Source of the DNA: Candidatus Aminicenantes bacterium | Lineage (GTDB): Bacteria > Acidobacteriota > Aminicenantia > Aminicenantales > JAFGAV01 | Reading direction: 5' to 3' | Length of the DNA: 64,000 nt | Assembly (NCBI GenBank): GCA_963705895.1 | Contig: OY970122.1 | Span: forward strand, 2,914,774-2,978,773 | In this document: piece by piece, positions 51,135 to 60,019 of the stretch | Layout: the number at the start of each line of letters is the position of its first letter | Numbering within the stretch: the first letter of the stretch is position 1 | Translations under genes and position numbers: made by a program | Notes under the pieces: model-generated | What the model saw: the letters and a program-made list of their open reading frames with translations, nothing else | Told to the model about the DNA's origin: nothing | Database searches by the model: none

Positions 51135-52661
51135 ATGTTCCAGAAGATCCTAGTCGCCAACAGGGGTGAGATCGCGGTCCGCGTCATCCGGGCTTGTCGC
51201 GAGATGGGGATCGTCCCGGTCGCCGTCTATTCCGAGTCGGACCTGACAAGCCTGCACGTCCAACTGGCCGACGAAGCCGTCCTCCTCGGTCCGGCCCCGG
51301 CAGCGGACAGTTATCTCCACATGGACCGGATCATTCAAGCCGCCAGGCAGACCGGCGCCGAAGCCATCCACCCGGGTTACGGGTTTCTGGCCGAGAACTC
51401 CGACTTCGCCCGGCGATGCGAGAACGAGGGATTGGTCTTCATCGGGCCGAACTCACGGGCCCTGGCGCTTGTAGGCGACAAGGTCCGGGCCCGTCAGACC
51501 ATGGAAGCGGCGGGGGTGCCGATCATTCCCGGGATGATGTCCATTCCCCAGACCGTGTCGGAGTTTAAGAAGGAAGCTCGTCGGCTCGGCTATCCGGTGA
51601 TCGTCAAAGCCTCGGCGGGCGGCGGCGGCAAGGGGATGCGCGTTGTCCAAAGCGAAAAGGACCTGGAGCCAGCAGTCGAGGCCGGGAGGCGCGAGGCCAA
51701 GTCCGCCTTCGGAGACGAATCGGTCTATCTTGAAAAGTATATCGAGGAACCGCGGCATGTCGAGTTCCAGGTCCTGGCCGACTGTCACGGCCGGATGGTC
51801 CATCTCTTTGAGCGCGAATGCTCGATCCAGAGACGCCACCAGAAGCTTATCGAGGAAACTCCCTCCCCCGCCCTCGACCTGGAATTGAGGGCGAAAATGG
51901 GAGAGACGGCCAAGAAGGTCATGGCTGCGGCGGGCTATACGAACGCCGGGACGGTCGAGTTTCTCTTGGACAAAGAGCGTCGCTTCTACTTCCTCGAGGT
52001 GAACGCGAGGCTCCAGGTGGAGCATCCCGTGACCGAGTTCGTTACAGGCGTGGACCTGGTCCGTCAGCAGATCCTTATCGCCGCGGGAGAGCCACTGGCC
52101 TTCGGGCAGGAAGACATCCATCAGCGCGGCCATGCCATCGAATGCCGGATCTATGCTGAGGACGCCGCTCATGGCTTCCTCCCGTCCTCGGGCAAAATCC
52201 TGTTTCTCAAGGAGCCGAAAGGTCCCGGAGTCCGCCTCGACAGCGGGATTTTCGCGGGCTGGGAGGTGCCGGTCTACTATGACCCGATTCTGGCTAAGCT
52301 CATTGTCTGGGCCGAAAGCCGGGATCAGGCCTGCAGGAGGATGGCCGTCGCCTTGCAGGAGTACGTCATCCTGGGCATCCATACCACCATAGAATATTTG
52401 CGGGATGTCGTCCGCCATCCGGAATTCCGGGCCGGACGGCTGCATACGGGGTTCTTAGAAAAGAATTTTAAAGGCTGGGGAGAGAACAGCAAAGATGAGG
52501 CCGCGACGCGGTTGGCCTTGGCGGCCGCGGCTTTCGAAGAGATGGGCCGGCCCGCGCGGGCCGGGGACGGTGCGTCGCAGACCAAGCGCAGCGACTCTCT
52601 GTCTCCTTGGCAATCGCTGGGCCGCTGGAGGCTCGGAGGGCTGGATTCACATGGAATTTGA
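51135..52661 (+). CDS. Biotin carboxylase subunit of an acyl-CoA carboxylase (no fused BCCP domain)
   Basis: ATP-grasp motifs KASAGGGGKGMR and ...EMNARLQVEHPVTE. Confidence 0.9.
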   Translation: MFQKILVANRGEIAVRVIRACREMGIVPVAVYSESDLTSLHVQLADEAVLLGPAPAADSYLHMDRIIQAARQTGAEAIHPGYGFLAENSDFARRCENEGLVFIGPNSRALALVGDKVRARQTMEAAGVPIIPGMMSIPQTVSEFKKEARRLGYPVIVKASAGGGGKGMRVVQSEKDLEPAVEAGRREAKSAFGDESVYLEKYIEEPRHVEFQVLADCHGRMVHLFERECSIQRRHQKLIEETPSPALDLELRAKMGETAKKVMAAAGYTNAGTVEFLLDKERRFYFLEVNARLQVEHPVTEFVTGVDLVRQQILIAAGEPLAFGQEDIHQRGHAIECRIYAEDAAHGFLPSSGKILFLKEPKGPGVRLDSGIFAGWEVPVYYDPILAKLIVWAESRDQACRRMAVALQEYVILGIHTTIEYLRDVVRHPEFRAGRLHTGFLEKNFKGWGENSKDEAATRLALAAAAFEEMGRPARAGDGASQTKRSDSLSPWQSLGRWRLGGLDSHGI

Positions 52662-53157
52662 ATTCGTTGTGGACGGAAGCCGGCGGACCATCACTTTGGA
52701 CAAAAAAGACGATGTATTCATCATCCGAGATGGAGACCAGACCCAGGAGGTCGACATCCGGAGAATCTCTCCGTGCGAGCTCCTGGTGCGCAGGGGAGGG
52801 CACTCGGAGATAGTCTACATCGCCCGCGAGGGTGATCGCAGGTTCGTCTCCGCCGGAGGCCACTATTACGGCGTCTCGGATCCCGCTCAGGATTCGGGGC
52901 GCTATTCCGGCGGTGACGAAAGGACGCCGGAAGGGGGCACCTGCATCAAGGCGCCCATGCCGGGAAGAGTCATCAAGCTGAACGTCGTTGAAGGCGAAGA
53001 GGTGAAGAAGTATCAATCTCTGTTGATCGTCGAGGCCATGAAGATGGAAAACGACATCCGTTCGGCCGCGGACGGCGTGGTCAAGAAAATCCATGTTGTG
53101 GCCGGAGAGCTCGTGGACTCCGAAAAGACTCTCATCGAACTCGGACCGAAAACCTAG
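52651..53157 (+). CDS. Biotin carboxyl carrier protein (stand-alone BCCP)
   Basis: Biotinylation motif EAMKMEN. 11-bp overlap with the biotin carboxylase gene. Confidence 0.85.
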   Translation: MEFEFVVDGSRRTITLDKKDDVFIIRDGDQTQEVDIRRISPCELLVRRGGHSEIVYIAREGDRRFVSAGGHYYGVSDPAQDSGRYSGGDERTPEGGTCIKAPMPGRVIKLNVVEGEEVKKYQSLLIVEAMKMENDIRSAADGVVKKIHVVAGELVDSEKTLIELGPKT

Positions 53158-53200
53158 GGGCGAAACCGGAAGGGATCCTGCGATCCAGGAGGGCACGGAA

Positions 53201-54343
53201 ATGGACGACACGTATGCGGAATCCGTGAAGGAATGCCGGGAGATGGTGCGGGACTTCGCCCGCGCGGAGATCGCTCCCCATGTCCGGGAATGGGACGACA
53301 AGGCCTATTTCCCCGTCGAGGTTTTCCGCAAGCTCGGCGAACTGGGGCTGATGGGGATTTTGATCCCCGAGGAGTTCGGCGGAGCGGGGCTGAGCTATCG
53401 GCACTACGTCGCGATCCTGGAGGAACTGGGTGCCGTCGAGGGAGGCATCGGGCTGTCCGTCGCCGCCCATAATTCACTGGGCACAAATCATGCTTACATA
53501 TTCGGTTCCGGCGAGATTCGCAAGGAATGGGTGCCCCGGCTCGCCCGGGGTGAGGTCCTCGGCGCGTGGGGTCTCACGGAGCCGGAAGCGGGCTCGGACT
53601 CCGGGGCCACCAAAACCACCGCCGTCCGACAGGGAAAGGAATGGATCCTGAACGGCACCAAGAATTTCATCACCCATGCCGGAGCGGGCGGCGCGGCCGT
53701 GATCATGGCCCGGACGACTCCGGGAAAGGACCACCGCGGCATATCAGCCTTCTTCCTGCCGCTCAACAGCCCGGGGGTTACGGTCGGCAAACATGAGGAC
53801 AAGGTGGGGATGCGGATCTCGGATACGGCCTCACTGATCCTGGAGGACTGCCATGTCGGCGAGGGCGCCCTGCTCGGCCGCGAGGGCGACGGGTTCATCC
53901 AGGCCATGCAGGTGCTCGACGGCGGCCGGATCTCGATAGCCGCCCTGGCCGTGGGAATCGCCCGGGGAGCCATGGACGCGGCCGTCTCCTACGCCAAGCA
54001 GCGATGCCAGTTCGGACGGCCGATCGCCGCCTTCCAGGGAATCCGCTTCAAGCTGGCCGATATGGCCACGGAGGTCCAAGCAGCGAGGCTTCTCACCGAG
54101 CGCGCGGCCGACGAGAAGGACGCGGGGCGAAAAACCACGCTCATCTCCTCGCAAGCCAAGCTGTACGCCTCCGAGGTCGCGGTCCGGGCCGCGGAGAACG
54201 CCGTGCAGATTATGGGCGGATACGGCTACTGCAAAGACTACCCTGCGGAAAAATTCTGGCGCGACGCCAAGCTGTGCACCATCGGCGAGGGGACGAGCGA
54301 GATCCAGCGTCTGGTCATCGCCCGAGAGCTTATCGGTGAGTGA
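53201..54343 (+). CDS. Acyl-CoA dehydrogenase (isovaleryl-CoA dehydrogenase-like)
   Basis: ACAD N/middle/C domains. C-terminal ...YCKDYPAEKFWRDAKLCTIGEGTSEIQRLVIAREL. Confidence 0.9.
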   Translation: MDDTYAESVKECREMVRDFARAEIAPHVREWDDKAYFPVEVFRKLGELGLMGILIPEEFGGAGLSYRHYVAILEELGAVEGGIGLSVAAHNSLGTNHAYIFGSGEIRKEWVPRLARGEVLGAWGLTEPEAGSDSGATKTTAVRQGKEWILNGTKNFITHAGAGGAAVIMARTTPGKDHRGISAFFLPLNSPGVTVGKHEDKVGMRISDTASLILEDCHVGEGALLGREGDGFIQAMQVLDGGRISIAALAVGIARGAMDAAVSYAKQRCQFGRPIAAFQGIRFKLADMATEVQAARLLTERAADEKDAGRKTTLISSQAKLYASEVAVRAAENAVQIMGGYGYCKDYPAEKFWRDAKLCTIGEGTSEIQRLVIARELIGE

Positions 54344-54471
54344 AGACGGCGACCCCCGGCCTGTTCAGGGACCCGGAAAACGCCGGGCTTGAGTTTGCCG
54401 CTTGCGAGAGGCCTTGCTTTTTCGCCATCTCGTCGATCGCCGGAAATCGCGAATCCATCAAGGAGAAGAGA

Positions 54472-54981
54472 ATGACCATCGATGAAGCGATTAAGACCGC
54501 CCTTCAATACGAAAACCGTGTCGTAGAGGTTTACGATGAGGCAGTGGGCAAGACCGTCGACCCGACCGGAAAGCGGGTCTTCAAAGCGCTCGTCCTGGAG
54601 GAAAAGAAGCATGTCGAATACCTCGAGGCCAGGCTGGTCGAATGGAACAAGACGGGGCACGTGACGGCCGTCGAGTTGGGCACGATCGTTCCCTCCCGGA
54701 AGAGCATCGAGGAAGGGATTCAAAAGCTCAAGGCCCGGGTGTTAACCGAGGCTAAGGAAACGGAGGTGAGGCTCCTCAAGCGAGCTCTCGACGTCGAAGT
54801 CGAAACGAGCCGTTTCTACACCGAAGTCGTCCGGGAGCTTCCCCCCGAAGGCCAGAAGCTCTTCGAGCGGTTTGTCGAAATCGAACAAGGACACCAGGCT
54901 ATCGTTCAAGCCGAGATGAACGCCGTGTCCGGGCTTGGCTTTTGGTTCGATATGCAAGAGTTCACTCTCGAAGGCAGCTGA
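54472..54981 (+). CDS. Rubrerythrin/ferritin-like diiron protein
   Basis: Two E-x-x-H motifs (EEKKHVE, EIEQGH) in a four-helix pattern. Confidence 0.6.
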   Translation: MTIDEAIKTALQYENRVVEVYDEAVGKTVDPTGKRVFKALVLEEKKHVEYLEARLVEWNKTGHVTAVELGTIVPSRKSIEEGIQKLKARVLTEAKETEVRLLKRALDVEVETSRFYTEVVRELPPEGQKLFERFVEIEQGHQAIVQAEMNAVSGLGFWFDMQEFTLEGS

Positions 54982-55005
54982 CAAGCTCCCAATCTCGGGC
55001 GAAGG

Positions 55006-56250
55006 CTAAGCCCGCCGATAGACGATGGCCACCACCGTCTTGTCGTTCCCGCCCATGTTCACGGAGAGAGCGTAAGGCCTCTGCGGCGAGATTTCGATCT
55101 GCCAGTTGCCGGCTTTTCCGGTGAGCTGCTGCCAGACCGTAACGGCCTGCCGCACGCCCGTGCCGCCCGTGGGATGCCCCCAGCCGATCAACCCGCCGCA
55201 GGTGTTGAAGGGCACGCTTCCCCCCCGGGAGGTTTCACCGGCCAGGATATAATCCGGTCCCTCGCCCCGGCCGGCAAACCCGACGGCTTCCACGGACATC
55301 AGCCCCGAGATTGTGAAACAATCATGGCATTCAACCGTTCCGATGTCTTTCAGAGCAATCCTCGCCGAATCGAGCGCCTTCGTTACGGCCCGGGCCGTCG
55401 TTTCCAGATAGGTCGGGTCCTCGGGAGGAACGGTCAGGTCGGCTTCGACCTGGCCCCAGCCGACGACTTCCACGGCCTGGGATTCGGGAAGGCCGGTCCG
55501 TTTCAATCCGTCTTCGGAGACGACGGCGATCGCGGCCGCCGCGTCCGAAACCTTGGAGCAGTCATAGACATTCAAATGATCGACAAAGCCCTTCGGGTTC
55601 GGCTCCGTCAGGGCCAGCGCTTCCAGGTCCGGACAGGTGTTATGGAATTCCTGGGCGGTTTCGCACAGACGGGCGTTTTCGACGGCGGCCCGGTACCAGC
55701 GGGCAAACGCACGCCGAGTCTTGTCGCGGCCATACTTATCAAAATAGGCGCCCGCCCGGTCGCTGAAAAGCGCGGGAAAGAAAAAGGCGTGACCCTTTTT
55801 TCGCTCGCCCCGGAACCAGCCGGCGCCGGCCAGGTAATCCGCGCCGTACACGGCCTTGACCGTGTTCTGGACTTCGACGCCAATCGTCAGGACGACGTCC
55901 GCGGTCTCGGCCAGGACGGACTTGAGCGCGGTCATGAGGGCCAACCCGCCGGAGCCGCAAGCCCCTTCGACCCGGCAACACGGCTTATACCGCAGGCTTG
56001 GGTCCACGGAGGGGATGAGGGCCGCCAAGTGGCCCTGCTTGTTGAACCGGGCCGCCATGAAGTTGCCGATTACTCCCTCGTCGACCCTCTCGCCGCCGCC
56101 GATCTGCTTCAGTGTGCCCTGGCCGGCTTCACGAATGAGCTCCTCGAGGCCGGGCCGGGGCTTCTTGGGGCTGAATTCCTTCCGCCCCGTGCCCATGGAG
56201 ACTGTCGTGTATCCCGCAGTCATGAAAATCCGTTTGCGCTTCTTGGTCAT
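55006..56250 (-). CDS. Thiolase-family protein (SCP-x/nsLTP-like thiolase domain)
   Basis: CRVEGACGSGG (Cys nucleophile) and ...GHPTGGTG C-terminal motif. Confidence 0.85.
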   Translation of the reverse strand: MTKKRKRIFMTAGYTTVSMGTGRKEFSPKKPRPGLEELIREAGQGTLKQIGGGERVDEGVIGNFMAARFNKQGHLAALIPSVDPSLRYKPCCRVEGACGSGGLALMTALKSVLAETADVVLTIGVEVQNTVKAVYGADYLAGAGWFRGERKKGHAFFFPALFSDRAGAYFDKYGRDKTRRAFARWYRAAVENARLCETAQEFHNTCPDLEALALTEPNPKGFVDHLNVYDCSKVSDAAAAIAVVSEDGLKRTGLPESQAVEVVGWGQVEADLTVPPEDPTYLETTARAVTKALDSARIALKDIGTVECHDCFTISGLMSVEAVGFAGRGEGPDYILAGETSRGGSVPFNTCGGLIGWGHPTGGTGVRQAVTVWQQLTGKAGNWQIEISPQRPYALSVNMGGNDKTVVAIVYRRA

Positions 56251-56261
56251 GGCATGTCCTC

Positions 56262-57602
56262 TCAATCGAAATAGGGATTGATCGGGCCGTAGGCGTGATA
56301 AAACCCGGTCAGCAGGACCGTATTGACGTCATTCTCCGAGGCCGCAACGCCGCTCTTGATCAGGCCCAGTCCGATGTCCTTGGATTTCCGGCCGTGGCGC
56401 CTGGCCAGGTCGGCACCGAGGGTTTTCATCCCAGAGAGCTGCTTGAAGTATTCCTCGAGGTAGCTCGCCTTCTGGGGGTCCTGGATGACGCTTTTCCAGG
56501 GTTTGGCCTGGCCCGGCAGCCCGCCCAGCCTCTCGTCGCACCGAGCCGCGATGTCCGAGACGGCGACATAGGATTTCCGGTCCGGGTCATAGACCCCGGC
56601 CGGGCGGCCCTTATCGTATTTTAGGAATCCGTCCTTCTGGGACCCGTCGACGAACTGGCCGCCCCGGACGCCGGTTGCGACCAGCCCGTCGATGAGCGGG
56701 CTGTGGAGCCCGGCGCCGGGAAGGCGGTCGTTCATAACGCGCAGGATGCTCTGACAGACATCGAGGCCGACATAGTCAACGAGCTGGAAGATACCCATGG
56801 GCCGGATGAGGAAATCCTGGCTGACCTTGTTCACCATGTAAACGGCGTCCACGAAACCGGACTCCTTGGCCAGGCTTTCGACCTCCGACAGGGCATAGAG
56901 GCCGTCCCTCATGAAGTGGCCGTTGCCGATGAACCCGGCCACATCCCGCGACGGCACGACGGTTTTGCGCAGCTTCTTGGCCAGCTCGACCGAGAAATCC
57001 CCCAGCGCGGAGAGTGAGGAATCGGCTCGGATCAGCTCCACCAGCTTCTGCACAGCCGGCGGATTGTAGAAGTGGAAGCCGACGATGCGTCCCTCAAGTT
57101 TCACTCGATCGTTCAACTCGGAGATGGGAATCGAGGAGGTGTTGGTCAGGAACCAGACGTCCCGCGAGTTGTGAGATTTGATTTTCGACAGGAGGTTGAC
57201 CTTGAGGTCTGGGTTCTCGTTGACCGCCTCGAAGACCAGTGTGGCGTTGTAGGACGCCTCGACCTGGGTGGAGGGCCGGACGATGGACATGACGTCCTGC
57301 ACGTACTGGCCGATGACCTCCTCATTTTCTATGAGATCCTCGCGCTTGGCGTAAGCTTTCCTCAGCCAGACGGCTTTTTTCTCTGCCGCTTTATGAACCT
57401 GGGTTCGGAGATACTCCAACAGCCCCGTGAGCATCTGGTCGGATATGTCCACAGCGTGGAGGACCCTGTCCTTGGGCGGCTGCCCGGCGTCCAGGCCCAG
57501 GTCGGCCATTTCCATGGCCGCGAGCAGGACGATGCCGCTCCCCATCTTGCCTGCGGCGCCCAGGACCGCTACGTTCTCGAAACGCTCGGCGTAATTCATC
57601 AT
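56262..57602 (-). CDS. 3-Hydroxyacyl-CoA dehydrogenase (NAD-binding + C-terminal dimerisation domains)
   Basis: VAVLGAAGKMGSGI Rossmann motif and FHFYNPP. 4-bp overlap with the thiolase. Confidence 0.85.
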   Translation of the reverse strand: MMNYAERFENVAVLGAAGKMGSGIVLLAAMEMADLGLDAGQPPKDRVLHAVDISDQMLTGLLEYLRTQVHKAAEKKAVWLRKAYAKREDLIENEEVIGQYVQDVMSIVRPSTQVEASYNATLVFEAVNENPDLKVNLLSKIKSHNSRDVWFLTNTSSIPISELNDRVKLEGRIVGFHFYNPPAVQKLVELIRADSSLSALGDFSVELAKKLRKTVVPSRDVAGFIGNGHFMRDGLYALSEVESLAKESGFVDAVYMVNKVSQDFLIRPMGIFQLVDYVGLDVCQSILRVMNDRLPGAGLHSPLIDGLVATGVRGGQFVDGSQKDGFLKYDKGRPAGVYDPDRKSYVAVSDIAARCDERLGGLPGQAKPWKSVIQDPQKASYLEEYFKQLSGMKTLGADLARRHGRKSKDIGLGLIKSGVAASENDVNTVLLTGFYHAYGPINPYFD

Positions 57603-57619
57603 TCTCTCTCCTGTCGGTC

Positions 57620-58399
57620 CTAGGACTGACTCGGCCAGCGAGGCGCGCGTTTTTCCAGGAAGGCGCGCATCCCCTCGGCGGCTTCGTTCTCGAACAGGGA
57701 GCCGAAGGTCTCTGATTCCAGGGCGCAGCCCGATTCGAAATCCATCAGGAAGCCCTGACGAGCAACTTTCTTGACGAGCTGAACGGCCCTGGGGCCCTTG
57801 GAGGCGATGGTTTTGGCCAGCTCGGTTGCCGCGGCCAAGAGCTGCTCGGGCTCGACGACCTTTTGGACGAGTCCCATCCGCAGGGCCTCGTCGGCGCCGA
57901 TCATCTCCCCCGACATCAAAAGATAGAGTGCGTTTCCCAGCCCGACGAGCCGCGGAAGCCGTTGCGTTCCGGCATACCCCGGGATGACGCCCAGGTTGAC
58001 TTCGGGCTGTCCGAACTTGGCCTTCGAACTCGCGATCCGGACATCGCAGGCCAGGGCCAGCTCGCAGCCGCCGCCCAGGGCGAACCCGTTCACGGCCGCA
58101 ATCACCGGCTGGGGAAGGAGCTCGAGTTTGCGGAATGTCTTTTGTCCTCGCTTCGAAAATTCTCGGCCCTCGTCCTGGGTTTTTTGAACCATCTCGGCGA
58201 TGTCGGCTCCGGCGACGAAGGCTTTCCCCTCACCGGTGATGACCAGAACCTTGACCTCTCGCCGTGAACTCATCTCAGAAATAAGATTGTCCATCTCCTG
58301 GAAAAATCGCGTGTTCAGGGCGTTGAGCGCCTCGGGCCGGGAAATGGTGATAACCGCCACTCCCTCGCTTATCTGCATTTTCAGAATCTGGAAATCCAT
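57620..58399 (-). CDS. Enoyl-CoA hydratase (crotonase)
   Basis: KAFVAGADI...GGG crotonase motifs. Confidence 0.9.
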   Translation of the reverse strand: MDFQILKMQISEGVAVITISRPEALNALNTRFFQEMDNLISEMSSRREVKVLVITGEGKAFVAGADIAEMVQKTQDEGREFSKRGQKTFRKLELLPQPVIAAVNGFALGGGCELALACDVRIASSKAKFGQPEVNLGVIPGYAGTQRLPRLVGLGNALYLLMSGEMIGADEALRMGLVQKVVEPEQLLAAATELAKTIASKGPRAVQLVKKVARQGFLMDFESGCALESETFGSLFENEAAEGMRAFLEKRAPRWPSQS

Positions 58400-58411
58400 T
58401 GTCGGCCTCCT

Positions 58412-59557
58412 TCAATCGCCGATCAGCGACCGGGCGATCACCAGACGCTGAATCTCGGACGTGCCCTCGTAAATCTCGGTGATGCGTTGGTCACGATAGA
58501 GTCGCTCCACCTTGTAGTCCTTCATGAAGCCGTACCCCCCGTGAATCTGCAGGGCTTTGTGGCAGACCCGATGCGACATCTCCGAGGCGAACAGTTTGGC
58601 GATGGCCGACTCCTTAGTAAATCGTTTCGCCCCGGAATCCTTCATCCAGGCGGCTCGGTAGACCATGGTCTTGGCCACTTCCACGTCAACGGCCATATCG
58701 GCCAGCATAAACTGTAAACCTTCCAACTCCACCAGCGGCTTGCCGAATTGGACTCGCTCCTTGGCATAACGAACCGCCTCCTCCAGGGCCGCCTCGGCGA
58801 TGCCCACGGCCTGGGCCGCGATGCCGATCCGGCCGCAGTCCAGCGTGGCCAGGGCAATGCTCAACCCTCGGTTTTCCTGACCCAGAAGACAGGAGGCCGA
58901 GACCCGGCAGTCGGTGAAAACGAGCTCAGTCGTGCTCGACGACCGGATGCCCAGCTTGTTCTCATGTTTGCCTACGGCGAAACCAGGGATGTCCTTCATG
59001 ATGAGAAAGGCCGAGATGCCCTTGGCCCCCTTCGTCTTGTCGGTGCAGAAAAAGGCGATGATCACGTCGGCGAAGGCACCATTGGTCGTGAAGTTCTTGG
59101 TGCCGTTCAGGACGAAATCGGTCCCGTCATGGACGGCAGTGGCCCGCAAGGACCCCGGGTCGCTGCCTGCGCCGGCCTCGGTCAGGGAAAAGCAGCCGAA
59201 CCATTCGCCGGAGGCCAGCTTGGGCAGGAACGTCCGCTTCTGTTCCTCCGAGCCGAACATCGTCACGGCATCGTTGACCAGGGAGTTCTGGACCGAAACA
59301 CCCACGGCCGTGCCGGCGTCCACCTTGCTGAACTCGATCATGGCCCCGGCGTAGACCACGGCGCCCAGGCCTGTCCCGCCGTATTCCTCCGAAACGGTCA
59401 TGCCCAGGTAGCCGAGCTCACCCAGCTTTCGGAGCGCGGCGATGTTCGATTCCTGCTTGGCATCCAGCTCCTCGGCGACCGGCGCCAGCTCCTTTTCGGC
59501 GAATTTCTTTGCCCCGTCGATGACCATTTTTTGTTCCTCAGAAAATTCGAAGTTCAC
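58412..59557 (-). CDS. Acyl-CoA dehydrogenase (short-chain/butyryl-CoA dehydrogenase-like)
   Basis: ACAD fold. C-terminal YEGTSEIQRLVIARSL. Confidence 0.9.
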   Translation of the reverse strand: MNFEFSEEQKMVIDGAKKFAEKELAPVAEELDAKQESNIAALRKLGELGYLGMTVSEEYGGTGLGAVVYAGAMIEFSKVDAGTAVGVSVQNSLVNDAVTMFGSEEQKRTFLPKLASGEWFGCFSLTEAGAGSDPGSLRATAVHDGTDFVLNGTKNFTTNGAFADVIIAFFCTDKTKGAKGISAFLIMKDIPGFAVGKHENKLGIRSSSTTELVFTDCRVSASCLLGQENRGLSIALATLDCGRIGIAAQAVGIAEAALEEAVRYAKERVQFGKPLVELEGLQFMLADMAVDVEVAKTMVYRAAWMKDSGAKRFTKESAIAKLFASEMSHRVCHKALQIHGGYGFMKDYKVERLYRDQRITEIYEGTSEIQRLVIARSLIGD

Positions 59558-59584
59558 GGTCTTGCCTCCTTTTTTATTCCATGA

Positions 59585-60019
59585 TCAACGAGTATGAGAT
59601 GAGTGCCAACCCTTGATGTAATCGACGATTTCCTGTAAGTTGTCTCCGGGTCCGAACACCTTTTCAACCCCCAGGATGCGCAGCTTTTCCTGGTCCTTGG
59701 TGGGGATAATCCCGCCGCCGGTCAAGAGGCGGTTTCCCAGGCCGGCTTTGTCCATGAGTTCCCGGACCCTGCGGAAATGGGCCAGGTGAGCGCCCGACAG
59801 GATGGACAGGCCAATGACATCGGCATCCTCTTCGACCGCGGCCCGGACGATGGATTCGGGGGTCTGCTGGAGCCCTAGGTAGACGACTTCCATCCCGGCC
59901 TCGACCAGGGCCCGGGCGACCACCTTGGCGCCCCGGTCGTGTCCGTCGAGTCCCGGCTTGGCGATGATGACTTTGATCTGTGGGCTGGCCATGTTCGCTT
60001 CCCCTTGTGGTGATGTCAA
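59585..60019 (-). CDS. Cobalamin-binding small subunit of an acyl-CoA mutase (IcmB-like)
   Basis: DxHxxG B12-binding motif (LDGHDRG) in a Rossmann-like domain, about 140 aa. Confidence 0.9.
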   Translation of the reverse strand: MTSPQGEANMASPQIKVIIAKPGLDGHDRGAKVVARALVEAGMEVVYLGLQQTPESIVRAAVEEDADVIGLSILSGAHLAHFRRVRELMDKAGLGNRLLTGGGIIPTKDQEKLRILGVEKVFGPGDNLQEIVDYIKGWHSSHTR

